Source: Lingula anatina | Lineage: Eukaryota; Animalia; Brachiopoda | Assembly: GCA_051362555.1 (NCBI GenBank) | Contig: CM120642.1 | Location: 31,124,001 to 31,188,000, forward strand | Length of the DNA stretch: 64,000 nucleotides | Direction: 5' to 3' | In this document: piece after piece, positions 29,001-41,200 of the stretch | Position numbering within the stretch: position 1 is the first letter of the stretch | Layout: each line of letters opens with the position of its first letter | Notes under the pieces: model-generated | Seen by the model: the letters and a program-made list of their open reading frames with translations, nothing else | Databases searched by the model: none | What the model was told of the DNA's origin: nothing | Position numbers and translations under genes: made by a program

Positions 29001-32000
29001 AAAAAATCTTTTTGAAATATAAAGAAATGTTATAAGTTAAAGATAATTCTCAAATTCATTGAAACTGCATTCAATTAAAATGTACACAAGTTGAATATTT
29101 AAATCATTTCTTATACAGAAAAGCAATCTGTGGTGGTGGTAAAATCTAATTGTGTTTGGTGAGCAACCCGTCTGTTGAAATCACAATCACAACCTTGGAT
29201 GTGCACTTCACCACAAATGGCTTGAGCAGACAAATTTGTTTGTTCGACTTGTTGAATGTCCTTGAGTAAAGAGATTAAAAGAGATAAGGGAGCCACTGAG
29301 AAAAGATATGGCAATATTAACCATAGGTGGCACTTTCATTCCTCCATCACAACAGAAGTTACTACAATGACTTGGATTTTATCGAGACAGTAATAATGTC
29401 TTACCACCTTGTTTGTTACACTGTATAGAAAAATAAGGCAACCCATTATTATGAGTAGTGTCAGATATTTTCGTTGTGATATACTTTTGTCACACTTTTC
29501 AGTCTTCATATGTCAATGAGAAATGCAATAGAATACTCTAGATCTTACGATAGCTATAACCTATTTAAACTTTGCTAAATAAGTCACCTGACACGCATTA
29601 TCTCAGAGACAATAATGTAATGTGTAATCTGTTCAGCCGAGGTAAGAGGTCACGGGGTCAACACTGTGTGTTTAAATAATAATACAAACATAGCATCCAT
29701 ATTATTTAGTAGACAATGATTTATAATTTTTTCAGAAAGTTGGAATTAGATTGCCTGAAGAAGTGTGATTTTTGAAGTTTACTGTTCTGCAGCAAAAATG
29801 TTATTTTCTAAAATAGGGTTTTAACACATCCCTCAATGGATCTCAGTGACCAGTGCCATTTAAAAAAAATGTTTTTCTCATAAGCAAACAACATCAAACA
29901 ATACCACCTTATAATAAGCCACAGCATATCACACTAGTTCAGTGTCCCTGTGGTTTATGGCATGTTAACTGGGGCACACTGTATATCAAGGGGTCATCTG
30001 ACCCAGTCCAGTGACTCCTGTTATCTAATATAGGGTTATCCACCATCCTCAGTGTCCAAGGGTCTCCTTTCAAACTAGAAATAATATTTTAGAGCCCATG
30101 CTAAATATAGAGGTGTCAGGAAACTCGGGGTACGTCCATTAGGTCGGGTGTCTCACTCAACTCCTATCATTTTGCATTACGTGAAGGATGAACCACACAT
30201 GATAAGTCACCTGTGATAATTGGCCATTTATTTTGGACGAGTTATTTTCTGTTGTGGAAAATTCAAAGTGCTCAAAAGTAAAATATACTATCCTATTTTA
30301 TTCTTTAATTATTTTTTCATCAAATGATGGAGTTTTCTGTATTAAATGATTTAAAGTATAATTTATAGCTCATAGTATGTTTCTTTTTAGAGAGTTTAAC
30401 AAATAATTAGAATTGAAATCTAAAACAAGGCAGCAAAGCTGTCAAATGTACAGACAAAAACCAGAAAATAAAAACGCAGGAAATAGGATACTGTCAATTC
30501 TGATGAACTAATGTATTATGCTTACTGTAACTGCATAGCCAACATCAAATTCTTATTCTGCATAACATTGGATTAGGATGAAAGTAAAATGTGTATCAAG
30601 CATTAGACTAAGTTCCCATACCTAGATCAATCTAACAGGATCAATGCAACTCCAAGGGGTTTCTCACTAAATTGCTTTCAGTTTGAGAGTCTTAGGATTC
30701 TGGCATGCCAGTTTCAGTAGGCGTGACAGACAACTAAGCCACTTACATTGATTGCAATTTAGCGAGAATTCCCATGGAGATAGATCGATCCACAGTTAGC
30801 GTGATAGGGTCTGGAAATAGTCCCTTAGGTGTCAGGCTGATAAGAGTTAAACTTTGGAAATGCCAGAATGATGTACAGTGAAAATTACACACAAAAAAAA
30901 TTGCTTAAACTCAGAAAAAAAAAATATATATATATTATTATTAATTTTTTTTTTTGGGCTATATGTCAATCCTAAGAATCATTCTTGTAACTTAACAAAA
31001 TACAGAAAATGTTACAAAGTAAGAGTACAGGGCTCCTGGCAGATGGGAGTGATAAGTCACAACTTGAAAATGCCAGTATAGCACTTTATAAACCTGCATT
31101 GCCTCCATAACAGAAAACAATCACACTGGTTTTCAAACACAAGCTGCGCACTTCTGTCTTATGAAACTTTTCACTAAGTTTCAGTATCGTAAGTAACATG
31201 GTTTTCCCTTAATCGCTATCCTGGCAGCAGTGTCCAAAATAGGGTTTTCTTCAACTTTCATGCAATAAAACATAATACTTAACAGCATAATGACCATCAA
31301 ATTTTATATAAAAAAATAAAAGTATCATGAATATTCAGAAAATGTGATTTGGGAAGGTCTTCAAGGCCATGGAAGTTCAGAGTCACACTTTCAAAATGCC
31401 AAAATGTAAACAAGAGATAACTGTACTGAAATGATTTTCTTTCCATTTTCAACACCTTTTTTAAAACAAAATTATCAATAAACTGTCATTTTTAAACGTT
31501 CAACTAGGAAAATTGTTGACATAGGAAAAATAGCAATAGAACAATTTTCAATGTCCAATTTGCTCCATTTGCAGATGCTGAACATAGTGAATGATTAAAT
31601 CTGACAAACTGCAATGATGTGTTCCTTTCCATTTATGATACTTTATTACACAATGCACAATATTATAACAGGTTTACCGTCATTTTTATATAATCAACAA
31701 ACAATATTGTTAAGAAGCAGAAAATGTCAAAACAACACTTTTACATATCTTATTAGTTCCATAATGAGACTGTTAACATGCCTAAGAATTAAGTCTGAAG
31801 AAATAACAATTATATACAAAAATACAGAAAATGCACAGCACTTCTGGTGGATGGGAGTATAAAATCACATCTTGAAGATGCTTGTGTTTGAAAAATAATT
31901 TTAAAAAAATTTTAAATAAAACGTAAAAAATTCCAATAAAGCTGCTATTCAAACTTTTAATCTAGCTGCATTAACTTGATATTAATAACCCCACCAAGTT

Positions 32001-35000
32001 TGAGAAAAATAAAGCACTGTTATTCATCTATAGCTTGTTGGCATAACACATTCTTTTTGTTGTAAATTTATTTGCAATGTTAAACACCATTTATCTGCAC
32101 AATTATCACCAAATCCTAATTTTGTGACACAGTTAAGAGAGCTAAACCTATGGGACTTTACAGGGAAATCTCAAGGAGTGTTTTATGTAATCTCATTTAA
32201 TGGCCAATTGAAAATTAATGAGTAGGCAAGTGACTTTATAGACCTTAATTTAATTAGTGATCACCCAAGGGACAATTTTATAGACTGTCATCCATACAGT
32301 ACCATCATATAGCACAAAGGTGTTGCATACATGCTGAAAAAAGTGAAAAAACAGCATTACTTCCCTAAAAATGACCCGATGATGCTGATTTTCAAACTTG
32401 ACCTGCGTATTATGAATATTCATTAGTTCTGCAAGTTTCAAACCAAAAGGTAAAATGGTTTTCCACTTATCATGTTATCAGTGTTGCATATATGCTGAAA
32501 AAAGTGAAAAACAGCATAACTTCCCTAAAAATGACCCAATCATACTGATTTTCAAACTTGACCTGCGTAATATGAATATTCATTAGTTCTGCAAGTTTCA
32601 AGTCAAAAGGTAAAATGATTTTTCACTTATCATGTTATCAGTGTTGCATATATGGTGAAAAAAGTGAAAAACAGCATAACTTCCCTAAAAATGACCCGAT
32701 CATGCTGATTTTCAAACTTGACCTGCGTATTATGAAAATTCATCAGTTTTGTAAGTTTCAAGGGAAAAGTTAAAATGGTTTTCCACTTATCGTGTTATCG
32801 GTGCTGCATATATGCTGAAACAAGACAGCACTGTTCTGCAATGGATTTACTTCCATTTTTAAAAAACTTTTTTAACATAAAACAAAATAAACAGTTTTCT
32901 ACCATTTGTATATGATCAACTAAGAAAATTGATGAGATGGGAAAAATATCAATAGAACAGTGTTAAATGTCCAATTTCCTCCATTCTGAGATAATGAATA
33001 TAGTAGATGATTGAATCTGACAAACTGCAATGATATTTGTTTATTTCCATTTTTGACACTTTATAACATAATACACAATAAAAAGTTTACCATCATTTTT
33101 ACATAATTAACTAACAATGTTATTAAGATGCAGGAAATGTCAAACAAACACTTTTACATATCTTATTAGTTCAATAATGAGACTGTTAATATGCCTAACA
33201 ATTGAATCTGAGGAAATGTGAAAAAACAGCATAACTTCTAAAAGAATGGCCCGATTATGCTGATTTTGGAACTCAACCTGCGTTTTACTACTAGTCTTAG
33301 TTTGACTACTCCTGTGAGTATAATGACAATTGGCCTATCTGTTTTTCTTATACTGTGTTATTAGCGTTGCATATATGTTGAAAGAAGTGAAAAAACAGCA
33401 TAACATCCCTAAAAATGGCCCGATCATGCTGATTTTCAAACTTGACCTGCGTATTTTGAATATTCATCAGTTTTGTAAGTTTCAAGCCAAAAGGTAAAAT
33501 GGTTTTCAATTTATGGTGTTATCGGTGCTGCATATATGCTGAAAAAAGAGAAAAAATAGCCTAAATTCACTAAAAATGACCCAATCACGCTGATTTTCGA
33601 ACTTGACCTGCGTATTATGAATATTCATCAGTTCTGTAAGTTTCAAGCCAAAAGGTAAAATGGTTTTCCACTTATCGTGTTATCGGTGCTGCATATATGC
33701 TGAAAAAAGTGAAAAAACAGCATAAATTCCCTATAAGTGACCCGATCATGCTGATTTTCGAACTTGACCTGCGAATTATGAATATTCATCAGTTCTGTAA
33801 GTTTCAAGCCAAAAGGTAAAATGATTTTCCACTTATCGTGTTATCGGTGCTGCATATATGCTGAAAAAAGTGAAAAAACAGCATAAATTCCCTATAAGTG
33901 ACCCGATCATGCTGATTTTCGAACTTGACCTGCGTATTATGAATATTCATCAGTTCTGTAAGTTTCAAGCCAAAAGGTAAAATGATTTTCCACTTATCGT
34001 GTTATCGGTGCTGCATATATGCTGAAAAAAGTGAAAAAACAGCATAAATTCCCTATAAGTGACCCGATCATGCTGATTTTCGAACTTGACCTGCGTATTA
34101 CGAATATTCATCAGTTCTGCAAGTTTCAAGCCAAAAGAAAAAACAGTTTTCCACTTATCGTGTTATCGGTAAGAGTGCACGGCGACGACGGCGACGGCGA
34201 CGACAGACGCAGATGATGGCTATATGTACAGACACATCTGTGTCTGTACATAAAAACAGCATTACTTCCCTAAAAATGACCCGAACATGCTGATTTTCAA
34301 ACTTGACCTGCGTATTATAAATACACATTTGTTCTGCAAGTTTCAAGCCAAAAGGTAAAATGGTTTTCCACTTATCATGTTATCAGTGTTGCATATATGC
34401 TGAAAAAAGTGAAAAACAGCATAACTTCCCTAAAAATGACCCGATCATGCTGATTTTCAAACTTGACCTGCGTATTATGAATATTCATCAGTTCTGTAAG
34501 TTTGAAACTAAAAGGTAAAATGGTTTTCCACTTATCGTGTTATCGGTGCTGCATATATGCTGAAAAAAGTGAAAAAACAGCATAACTACCCTGAAAATGA
34601 CCTGATCATGCTGCTTTTCGAACTTGACCTGCGTAATATGAATATTCATTAGTTCTGCAAGTTTCAAGCCAAAAGGTAAAATGATTTTTCACTTATGTTA
34701 TCAGTGTTGCATATATGCTGAAAAAAGTGAAAAACAGCATAACTTCCCTAAAAATGACCCCATCATGCTGATTTTCGAACTAGACCTGCCTATTATGAAT
34801 ATTCAGCAGTTCTGTAAGTTTCAAGGCAAAAGGTAAAATGGTTTTCCACTTATCGTGTTATCGGTGCTGCATATATGCTGAAACATGACAGCACTGTTCT
34901 GCAATGGGTTTTCTTCCATTTTTAAAACCCTTTTTAACATAAAACAAAATAAACAGTTTACTACCATTTGTATATGACCAACTAAGAAAATTGATGAGAT

Positions 35001-38000
35001 GGGAAAAATATCAATAGAACAGTGTTAAATGTCCAATTTCCTCCATTCTGAGATTCTGAAGATAGTAGATGAATGAATCTGACAAACTGCAATGATATGA
35101 GTTTATTTCCATTTTTGACACTTTATTACACAATACACGATATCAAGTTTACCATCATTTTTACATAATCAACTAACAATGTCATAAAGATGCAGGAAAT
35201 GTCAAACAAACACTTTTACATATCTTATTAGTTCAATAATGACACTGTTAACATGCCTAACAATTGAATCTGAGGAAATGTGAAAAAACAGCATAACTTC
35301 TAAAATAATGGCCTGATTATGCTAATTTTGGAACTCAACCTGCATTTTAGTAAGATTGACCACTCCTGTAAGTATAATGACAATTGGCCTATCTGTTTTT
35401 CTTATATTGTGTTATCAGTGCTGCATATATGTTGAAAAAAGTGAAAAAATAGCATAACTCCCCTAAAAATGGCCCGATCATGCTGATTTTCGAACTTGAC
35501 CTGCGGATTATGAATATTCATCAGTTTTGTAAGTTTCAGGCCAAAAAGTAAAATGGTTTTCCACTTATCGTGTTATCGGTGCTGCATATATGCTGAAAAA
35601 AGTGAAAAAATGGCATAACTTCCCTACAAGTCACCCGATCATGCTGATTTTCGAACTTGACCTGTGTATTATGAATATTCATCAATTCTGTAAGTTTCAA
35701 GCTGAAATAAAAAACAGTTTTCCACTTATCGTGTTATCGGTAAAAGTGCACGACGGCAAGGACGGCGACGACGGCGACGACGGCGACGACAGACAAAGAT
35801 GATGGCTATATGTACAGACACATCTGTGTCTGTACATAAAAAAAGAAGTACAATAAAATGGCATAAGCACAGGAAATCCCAGACAAAGGTAATTTGAATT
35901 GATAAAAAGTAGCTTATAGCCTCCAAGGCACTTAAAACCAAACAGTGGTGTTCTGGAAATACAACAACCTTGTTTATTTATTTTATCTGTCGTGAGAACT
36001 CCCAAAAAGCATGTTATGTATATAAATATAAAACTGCAAGCAAGTACAAGCAGACCCATTTTCAAACTTTTTTGTGCATTTTTTGATATAATTATAATCT
36101 CTGTTATTGCTCGGATATCACTTTTAATTGTGGAGGGGGGGGGGGGGACTCTTTTTTCCCTCAATTACGACTCCATCTTTGACAAGACATATCTTTGAAT
36201 CTGAATCTCTGTTTGTTTAAATTGTTTAAGTAATACAGGATAAAGATCAACAATGGACTTAATGTCTGCAATGATCATGTAGTAGCCAGACTAGCCAATA
36301 TGTACTACATAGTAATGTGAAGGATGCCCCACTTCAACCTACACATCAGAATCTCATTTCTTCCCAGCATGACAATTGAAAAAGAATTATAAACACTTAA
36401 GACCCAATTAAAGTCCATGTGATGTCATAAAGAACTAAATTTTAAAAGATATAACAATTGTGTCAAGCGAAGCTGCAGTTTTCAATGTCTAGAATCAATT
36501 ATTATACTTGCTTCTATTTTCAGAACTGCATGAACAAAGTTTTTACATGCATAAGATCATAATAATATTTTTGCAAGAAATGCCAATGGTTTTTTAGGCC
36601 CTTTTTTGTTTTCATTTAACCAACCTTTGACATTGTTAAATAAAGATGAAGTGATTGCTTTTAAATTCATCACTGAATGCAAGGAAAAAAAAAAGAAAAA
36701 AATCTTTGGTGATATCAAAATATTTTTCAAAAACATTTTTGGAAAGCAGGTATGCTAAAGGGGCATCTACAGCTGTATAATGAAGTACTGGGGTAAAAAA
36801 ATGCATTATTTAAATGCACCTATCTTCATGTATTTCAAGAAAATGTACTACAGATCTTTTACATAAGCAAAATATATTACACTGTAATAATGAAGGAACA
36901 GGAATGAGAATATTTGCATAGAGGCCCCAGATGTAAATACAATCTTCTTAAACCAGGAAAAATCTACAAAACCAGGAAGTTAATATTAAGTAAAGAAACA
37001 GAGCTTGTGATTCATTTCGGAACTTTCAAGCAGGGCCACATTACAGCATGCAGTTACATATATAGATATCCAGGGGACATATGGTTGTTTTGTAGCCCAA
37101 TTATCTCGTCTAGAATTCAGATTTCTTTTCCTGTCATACGAGACCTGAGGGGTACAAAATAATTTTTTTCTCTAGACAAAATCTTTCTATTTGTCAGACT
37201 GTTGTTATAATTCAAAAGGTAATGACATGTACACATTTTGACTGCTAATAAAGCTGCAGGTGAGGCTGTACGGTTGCATTGGTTGTACAATTTCAGTCCT
37301 TACAGTTATAATACATTTACCTCCCTCTGAAATAAATAAACATTTTATGTACTTATGTGCAGTTGTAGGGCAATGATACATGGAAACTGATGAAAATCTT
37401 ACAAAGTTTATTCGTATCCCTTCAGGTTTAAAGATCAGTAAGGTCTCAACTCAACATTTATCTAATTTGACTTTCTTTTATTAAGCGGCCTGGATGTGTG
37501 CTTGGTTCTACCACTTTACCCGCCCCCTGTATTCAATGGCAACTATGGTAACGTATGATTACTGTCATAAAATACGGAACTGATACACTGTGGCAAGGTG
37601 TGAGGGTTGCAATCACACTTTAACATAATCTGATGATCCGTGTGTGTGCGTGTGTGTGTGTTCAAAAACAAGAGATATTCTTAAGTAGTTGGTTGATTTT
37701 GGCATCATCTTCACAATTAAGTTCATTTCATATTTCAATACTGAGTGGGCATTGTCTTTCTAACTCAGTACAGGTTTAAATCTTAACTTTAAAACCATGC
37801 ACGAGAGATCTGATAAAGACAGGGACAGAATTTTAAACAGAATTTTAATAATAGAATGTTAATAACAACAAATAATTAATAAAAAAAGTCATATGATAGT
37901 TCAAGTCTTGCATAGGCTTTGCCATTTTTGTATCTCCACCAATTTGTGTAGTGCAAGAATGTACCAACGGAATAACTTGACAAGCACAATATATAAGCTG

Positions 38001-38228
38001 ATTATTGTTTTAGTCAGTACTTTTTTTTATGCTGTGGGCAATTTCAAAATGCATATCTCAGATAATATGAGAATGTACTTGCTTTATTTTCAAGAAATTT
38101 TACAAAAATAAATAAATAAATCATAATATACATACCACAGGTGTGTATTCTATGCTCTCTCGTCTGATTCCAAAGAAAATGTCATCAAATCCAGGTAAAC
38201 TTGGAATGTCCAAAGCAACAGCAGCCAT
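2310..38228 (-). CDS. ELF1/2: ETS transcription factor of the ELF1/2/4 - E74 subfamily, N-terminal part (long isoform; gene runs off the left edge)
   Basis: Phase-consistent GT-AG exon chain 38228-38136, 28585-28324, 12692-12549, 8803-8720, 6988-6860, 2456-2310. It translates to motifs typical of the subfamily: EMAAEALLSMDSP (cf. ELF1/ELF2 IEAAEALLxMxSP), LPPSPADSGYSD (cf. E74 PPSPADSG) and a basic stretch SPTRKIKKG where the ETS domain normally follows. The ETS domain itself is not in the window. Confidence 0.85.
2994..3027. repeat. (GA)n microsatellite
   Basis: Perfect gaga run. Confidence 0.95.
6860..6988 (-). CDS. ELF/E74 common exon (GLNSNLYSPTETFIPPYCRGAPTVLPPQSSFFHHGITHIAMRP)
   Basis: ttttcag acceptor, G|gtgagc donor, 129 nt, phase 1-1; overlaps ORF 6810..7016. 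Confidence 0.8.
8720..8803 (-). CDS. ELF/E74 common exon (ASLPPSPADSGYSDPESSSDEVNKIRLK)
   Basis: Poly-T + ccag acceptor, G|gtaaat donor, 84 nt, phase 1-1; E74-like PPSPADSG motif. Confidence 0.85.
9120..9326. mobile_element. Degenerate palindromic (foldback) MITE
   Basis: Arms ggacacattca...ttgatccaaggactaacagat...ccacttgaaa...taatccc and gggatta...tttcaagtgg...atctgttagaccgtggatcaa...tgaatggggcc are imperfect reverse complements. Confidence 0.7.
11340..11412. repeat. Compound (CA)n(GA)n microsatellite
   Basis: A CA run directly followed by a GA run. Confidence 0.95.
12549..12692 (-). CDS. ELF/E74 first common exon (ETCEKEHTPSGREMAAEALLSMDSPSTTSETKTFLQGILQQKQAQMQ)
   Basis: ttctag acceptor, G|gtaaaa donor, 144 nt, phase 1-1; ELF-type AAEALLxMxSP motif. 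Confidence 0.88.
17157..17355 (-). CDS. ELF/E74 alternative first coding exon C (MWREETVTSVDMSPVLDLSIKKPKLE...KSYKKNMLKRY)
   Basis: accatcATG start, 199 nt (66 codons +1), T|gtgagt donor in phase 1 compatible with the 12692 acceptor; ORF 17134..17376. Confidence 0.75.
20282..22177. mobile_element. Non-autonomous Helentron/HINE-like element with an internal ~146-bp satellite
   Basis: Left end has a small palindrome gaggcgataccgcctc and a subterminal gtaccaccagc (20321-20331). Its reverse complement lies in a right-end hairpin agtaccgccagcgta-tacgctggtggtact (22144-22173), preceded by a GC-rich micro-repeat. Flanks are A-rich and no TSD is visible. Confidence 0.7.
20650..21400. repeat. Tandem array, ~146-bp unit, about 5 copies
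   Basis: aggtcaaa(g/t)gtca recurs at 20727, 20861, 21008, 21154 and 21299; this explains the repetitive ORFs 20840..21472. Confidence 0.95.
26535..26589 (-). CDS. ELF/E74 alternative first coding exon B (MAVSKETTTSNLDLLLQA)
   Basis: aagATGGCC start, 55 nt (18 codons +1), CAG|gtaact donor in phase 1. The spliced product NLDLLLQAVE resembles the ELF2 short-isoform NQLDLLIRAVE. The surroundings are CpG-enriched. Confidence 0.75.
28324..28585 (-). CDS. ELF/E74 long-isoform exon A2 (EDHGPSVIVYKEPEE...RRKRMRF), acidic
   Basis: tttactcacag acceptor, G|gtaagt donor, 262 nt, phase 0-1; ORF 28304..28624. Confidence 0.8.
30610..30827. mobile_element. Degenerate palindromic MITE nested in the HINE-like element
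   Basis: ctaacaggatcaat...ctcc...ttctcactaaattgc (30632-30675) vs gcaatttagcgagaa...ggag...atcgatcc..gttag (30754-30799). Confidence 0.55.
32320..35740. repeat. Satellite arrays, 160-161-bp unit, interrupted twice by a ~400-bp spacer block
   Basis: Unit gcatatatgctgaaaaaagtg...gaacttgacctgcgtattatgaatattcatcag...ccacttatcgtgttatcggtgct, e.g. at 33691, 33852 and 34013. Spacer blocks at about 32821-33215 and 34881-35278, with an older copy at about 31410-31800. Confidence 0.95.
38136..38228 (-). CDS. ELF/E74 long-isoform exon A1 (MAAVALDIPSLPGFDDIFFGIRRESIEYTPV)
   Basis: cttcag|cATG acceptor immediately before the start codon, 31 open codons, GTG|gtatgt donor in phase 0 matching the 28585 acceptor. 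Confidence 0.7.
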
Positions 38229-41200
38229 GCTGAAGATATAATATAAAACCTTGTACGGGAAAATGTTCTACCGGTATCAATCTTTCACATAATTAAGAAG
38301 TTGGACATGTTACAGTAACTCCCATGTGTTCTAAGAAGAGTCAACTATTGTCTGAGACAATATGAAGATAATGTGTTACTTAGGTATTTTTATTTTTATT
38401 CAATGGCAACTTCAGTATGAGCAAAGTTCTAACTCAAGGTTGCTAATATTTAACTTTTCGGAACACATTCAATAGTTCATAAAGTTCTTATCACAGAAAA
38501 ACAAAGAGAGGTCAGAAATGCTTAGCATGTTCATTGTCAACCCTTTTATTGTTTGAAGCCACAGAATTTAATGTGTTTGAGAATACATTTGTAGAGAAAG
38601 TTAACCCTGAAATTTTAAACTTTTATGCAATTGATTATTTAGGTAATTTATAAACAGAATCTGTTCATAAACTAATATTTGTATGTTCATATTTGTAGCA
38701 CTGACCCATTGGGACTTTCCAGCATAATAATAATTGTTGATTGCAAAAGGAAAGCTATATTATTGCTTTTGATTTACTGGGCCGTAAAAAATATACGATT
38801 AAACCCATATAAATGTATGCTCAGCCTTGAAGGTTATGTGTATATACATTTATATACTAGTAGCACTGATTCTGAAGATTTATCTCACTTCAGTATAAGA
38901 TGTGCAGATTAACCTGTTGATATTAACAACATGTCTGATCTTTCTACAACCTGCGTAAGCATTTAAAGTAAGCCATTAGCCTGGCATTTCATCATTAAAT
39001 GTCCTGTGTGCTAGGGCATTTCGTTCATGTTACACGGCACTGAATATTTTACAGATGTACAGTACACTGTGACATCTATGTACATGTATGTTGTTGTCTG
39101 TGACCTCCTCGCTATTCTGTACTGCCGCAGGTGTGTTGTACCTGTCAGTATAGCATCCCCTCTCCTACTCTACTCTACTCAAAATATCATATCAGGTGCA
39201 TCTTTTACCTTGGTGTCAATATCACCTGAGCCTGTTGCAACTTTTAAGTTTAAAAACTCTTGAGTGATGTACATATTAGCTATACTGCATTGTAGTACAT
39301 TCATCTCTCTTCTCTCCATCTTCTATATGGAGAATTATTATCTGAACAGCATTTACCTTGACATCATGGTCACCGAGCTGTCACATCTGACTCCGGTGTG
39401 AAGTAAGTCTATTTTGTGTCAGTGATGAAGTAATAGAGTACATAACTTTCTTTTCTAATGGCATGCACGATACAGACAGGGGTGCAAATGCTCAAAAATT
39501 GACTCTCAACTCCAAATATTGGCCCGTGACTCCAAGATTTCTATGATGCTGTATGTTGTCCTATGTCAACATGTCTGGTCCCCCAGCTCTGAGTCCACAG
39601 ATGAGGTAATGACTCACCTGAGCAGATCCAAGATTCGATCCAGACACATACACACACACACTGCTGCTAATATGTTACATATACTCGCCCAACTGATAAA
39701 GAACGTAATCTAATCATTTGCTGAGTTTCAAAATTAATCACACTGAATAAATATTAACTAATATTTGTTGATCACCAGACCTTTAATACTTGTGTCAATT
39801 TCTGTAGAAATCATCCTGAAAACTAATAAGTATTATGACGCAGTCTCCATAAAAAACTTTGACAAGTCTGTTGTAATAAAATCTTCAATTTTCAATTATT
39901 TTTTATGATATACAGCCAACAAATCAACTAATCGGCTTTCAATTGTAGATCCCGTTGGATCTTGTTTGCATAAACATTTGGGAGGGATACCATTTATTGT
40001 TTTATATTCCTTTACCTCAGGTGAAAAAAAGAAAAAGTTCTATATTATCATCATTGTATGTTCTTGCTCAAGTTTCACTGTGGTAATTATCTGTTAATGA
40101 CATATATAACTTTGAAGCTTATGGAGATATTAATTGTTATCATCAATGTCATCAATAGCCTGGTTTGACAATTGTATATACATTATACATTGTCAACCCT
40201 GGGACATGATTTGAATGTTAAATAACACATAATCTTCACATTTTATGACACAACCCACTAAGAACCGTTGCATTCTGTTATGATTACCATTACATAATTT
40301 AATTTAATTTAATTGGATGTTGTAATACTGCATTTTGAATGAGAAAAAATTATTGAATAGGTATTGGAAGCATCTCTTCAAAGGTTTACTATGTCTAACA
40401 ATCATACATAAAGTGTAATGCAATATTTGCAATCCATGGAGACATCCTATTTTAATGACATGAAGGTCACGTCACGTGCATGGGGCCTTTTTTGTGTTTG
40501 TTTTTCATCCATACAGCTTACACTAGGTACTTGCTATTGATATAACCTAGTTCTACCTGCTGATAACATTTTTTATTAGCGGTGTGTTTACCCCACCTGT
40601 CAACCAGGAAGATGCCGTGCAGCTTTTTCTTTGTCTGCCAAGGGGGTAGGGGGTGGGGAGGGGGATTCATCATCACACAGCACTTCCTGTTTTTGAGTTG
40701 AAATTTTCCATGATAATTTGTGAAGTATGATTCCTTGTTAAGCAATGTTAAAACTTGAATTTAAGCACCCAAAACCGAAAAAAAAAAAATTGGTTCTGAA
40801 AGTATGTATCCATTTTTACGTCTGGGTCAGATAAAAGTAATTTTATACACTGTATAGCAATGGTGTTGATCTTGCAGCAGTACATGATCTGTCTACATCA
40901 GTTACATATAGCAACATGAGAGACTGGCCACGTCTTCCCAATTCTTCCCAATTGTCTATTGTGACAATTTTCATGTACATGCATTTGCACATGTACAAGT
41001 CAAAAAATACTCTGTTTGTAACTATAGTATATAAAATGTTTTTAAAAATTCAAGTTGTGTCTCAGTCCTTTTCTTCAATGGGATATATATTAAGACACAT
41101 TTTTTCAATTAAGGCATGGGTATATACCAAACTGACATTTTTATCCTCATTTGATAAATTCTACTAAAGATGAGACAATTGATAAAGTCCACATCATAGC

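Larger units (their letters stand above)
30423..35844. mobile_element. Composite Helentron/HINE-like element with ~160-bp satellite and duplicated right end
   Basis: Left end aaacaaggcagcaaagctgtc plus subterminal atgtacagaca (30446-30456). This matches the hairpin tatgtacagacaca-tc-tgtgtctgtacata found twice (34223-34252, 35809-35838), each preceded by a (gacg/gacggc)n micro-repeat and followed by an A run. Confidence 0.7.

Noticed and set aside
32320-35740. Regular repeat array that could be mistaken for CRISPR
   Set aside because: The units are full-length tandem copies without unique spacers, there are no cas genes, and the context is a eukaryotic intron.
35590-36198. Overlapping ORFs up to 155 aa, including poly-Arg/Asp tracts
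   Set aside because: They derive from the satellite and GAC microsatellite at the element end, with no domain or splice support.
39560-39680. Strong minus-strand donor cag|gtgagt near 39617, a possible extra 5' UTR exon of ELF
   Set aside because: A donor alone is not sufficient evidence without transcripts.
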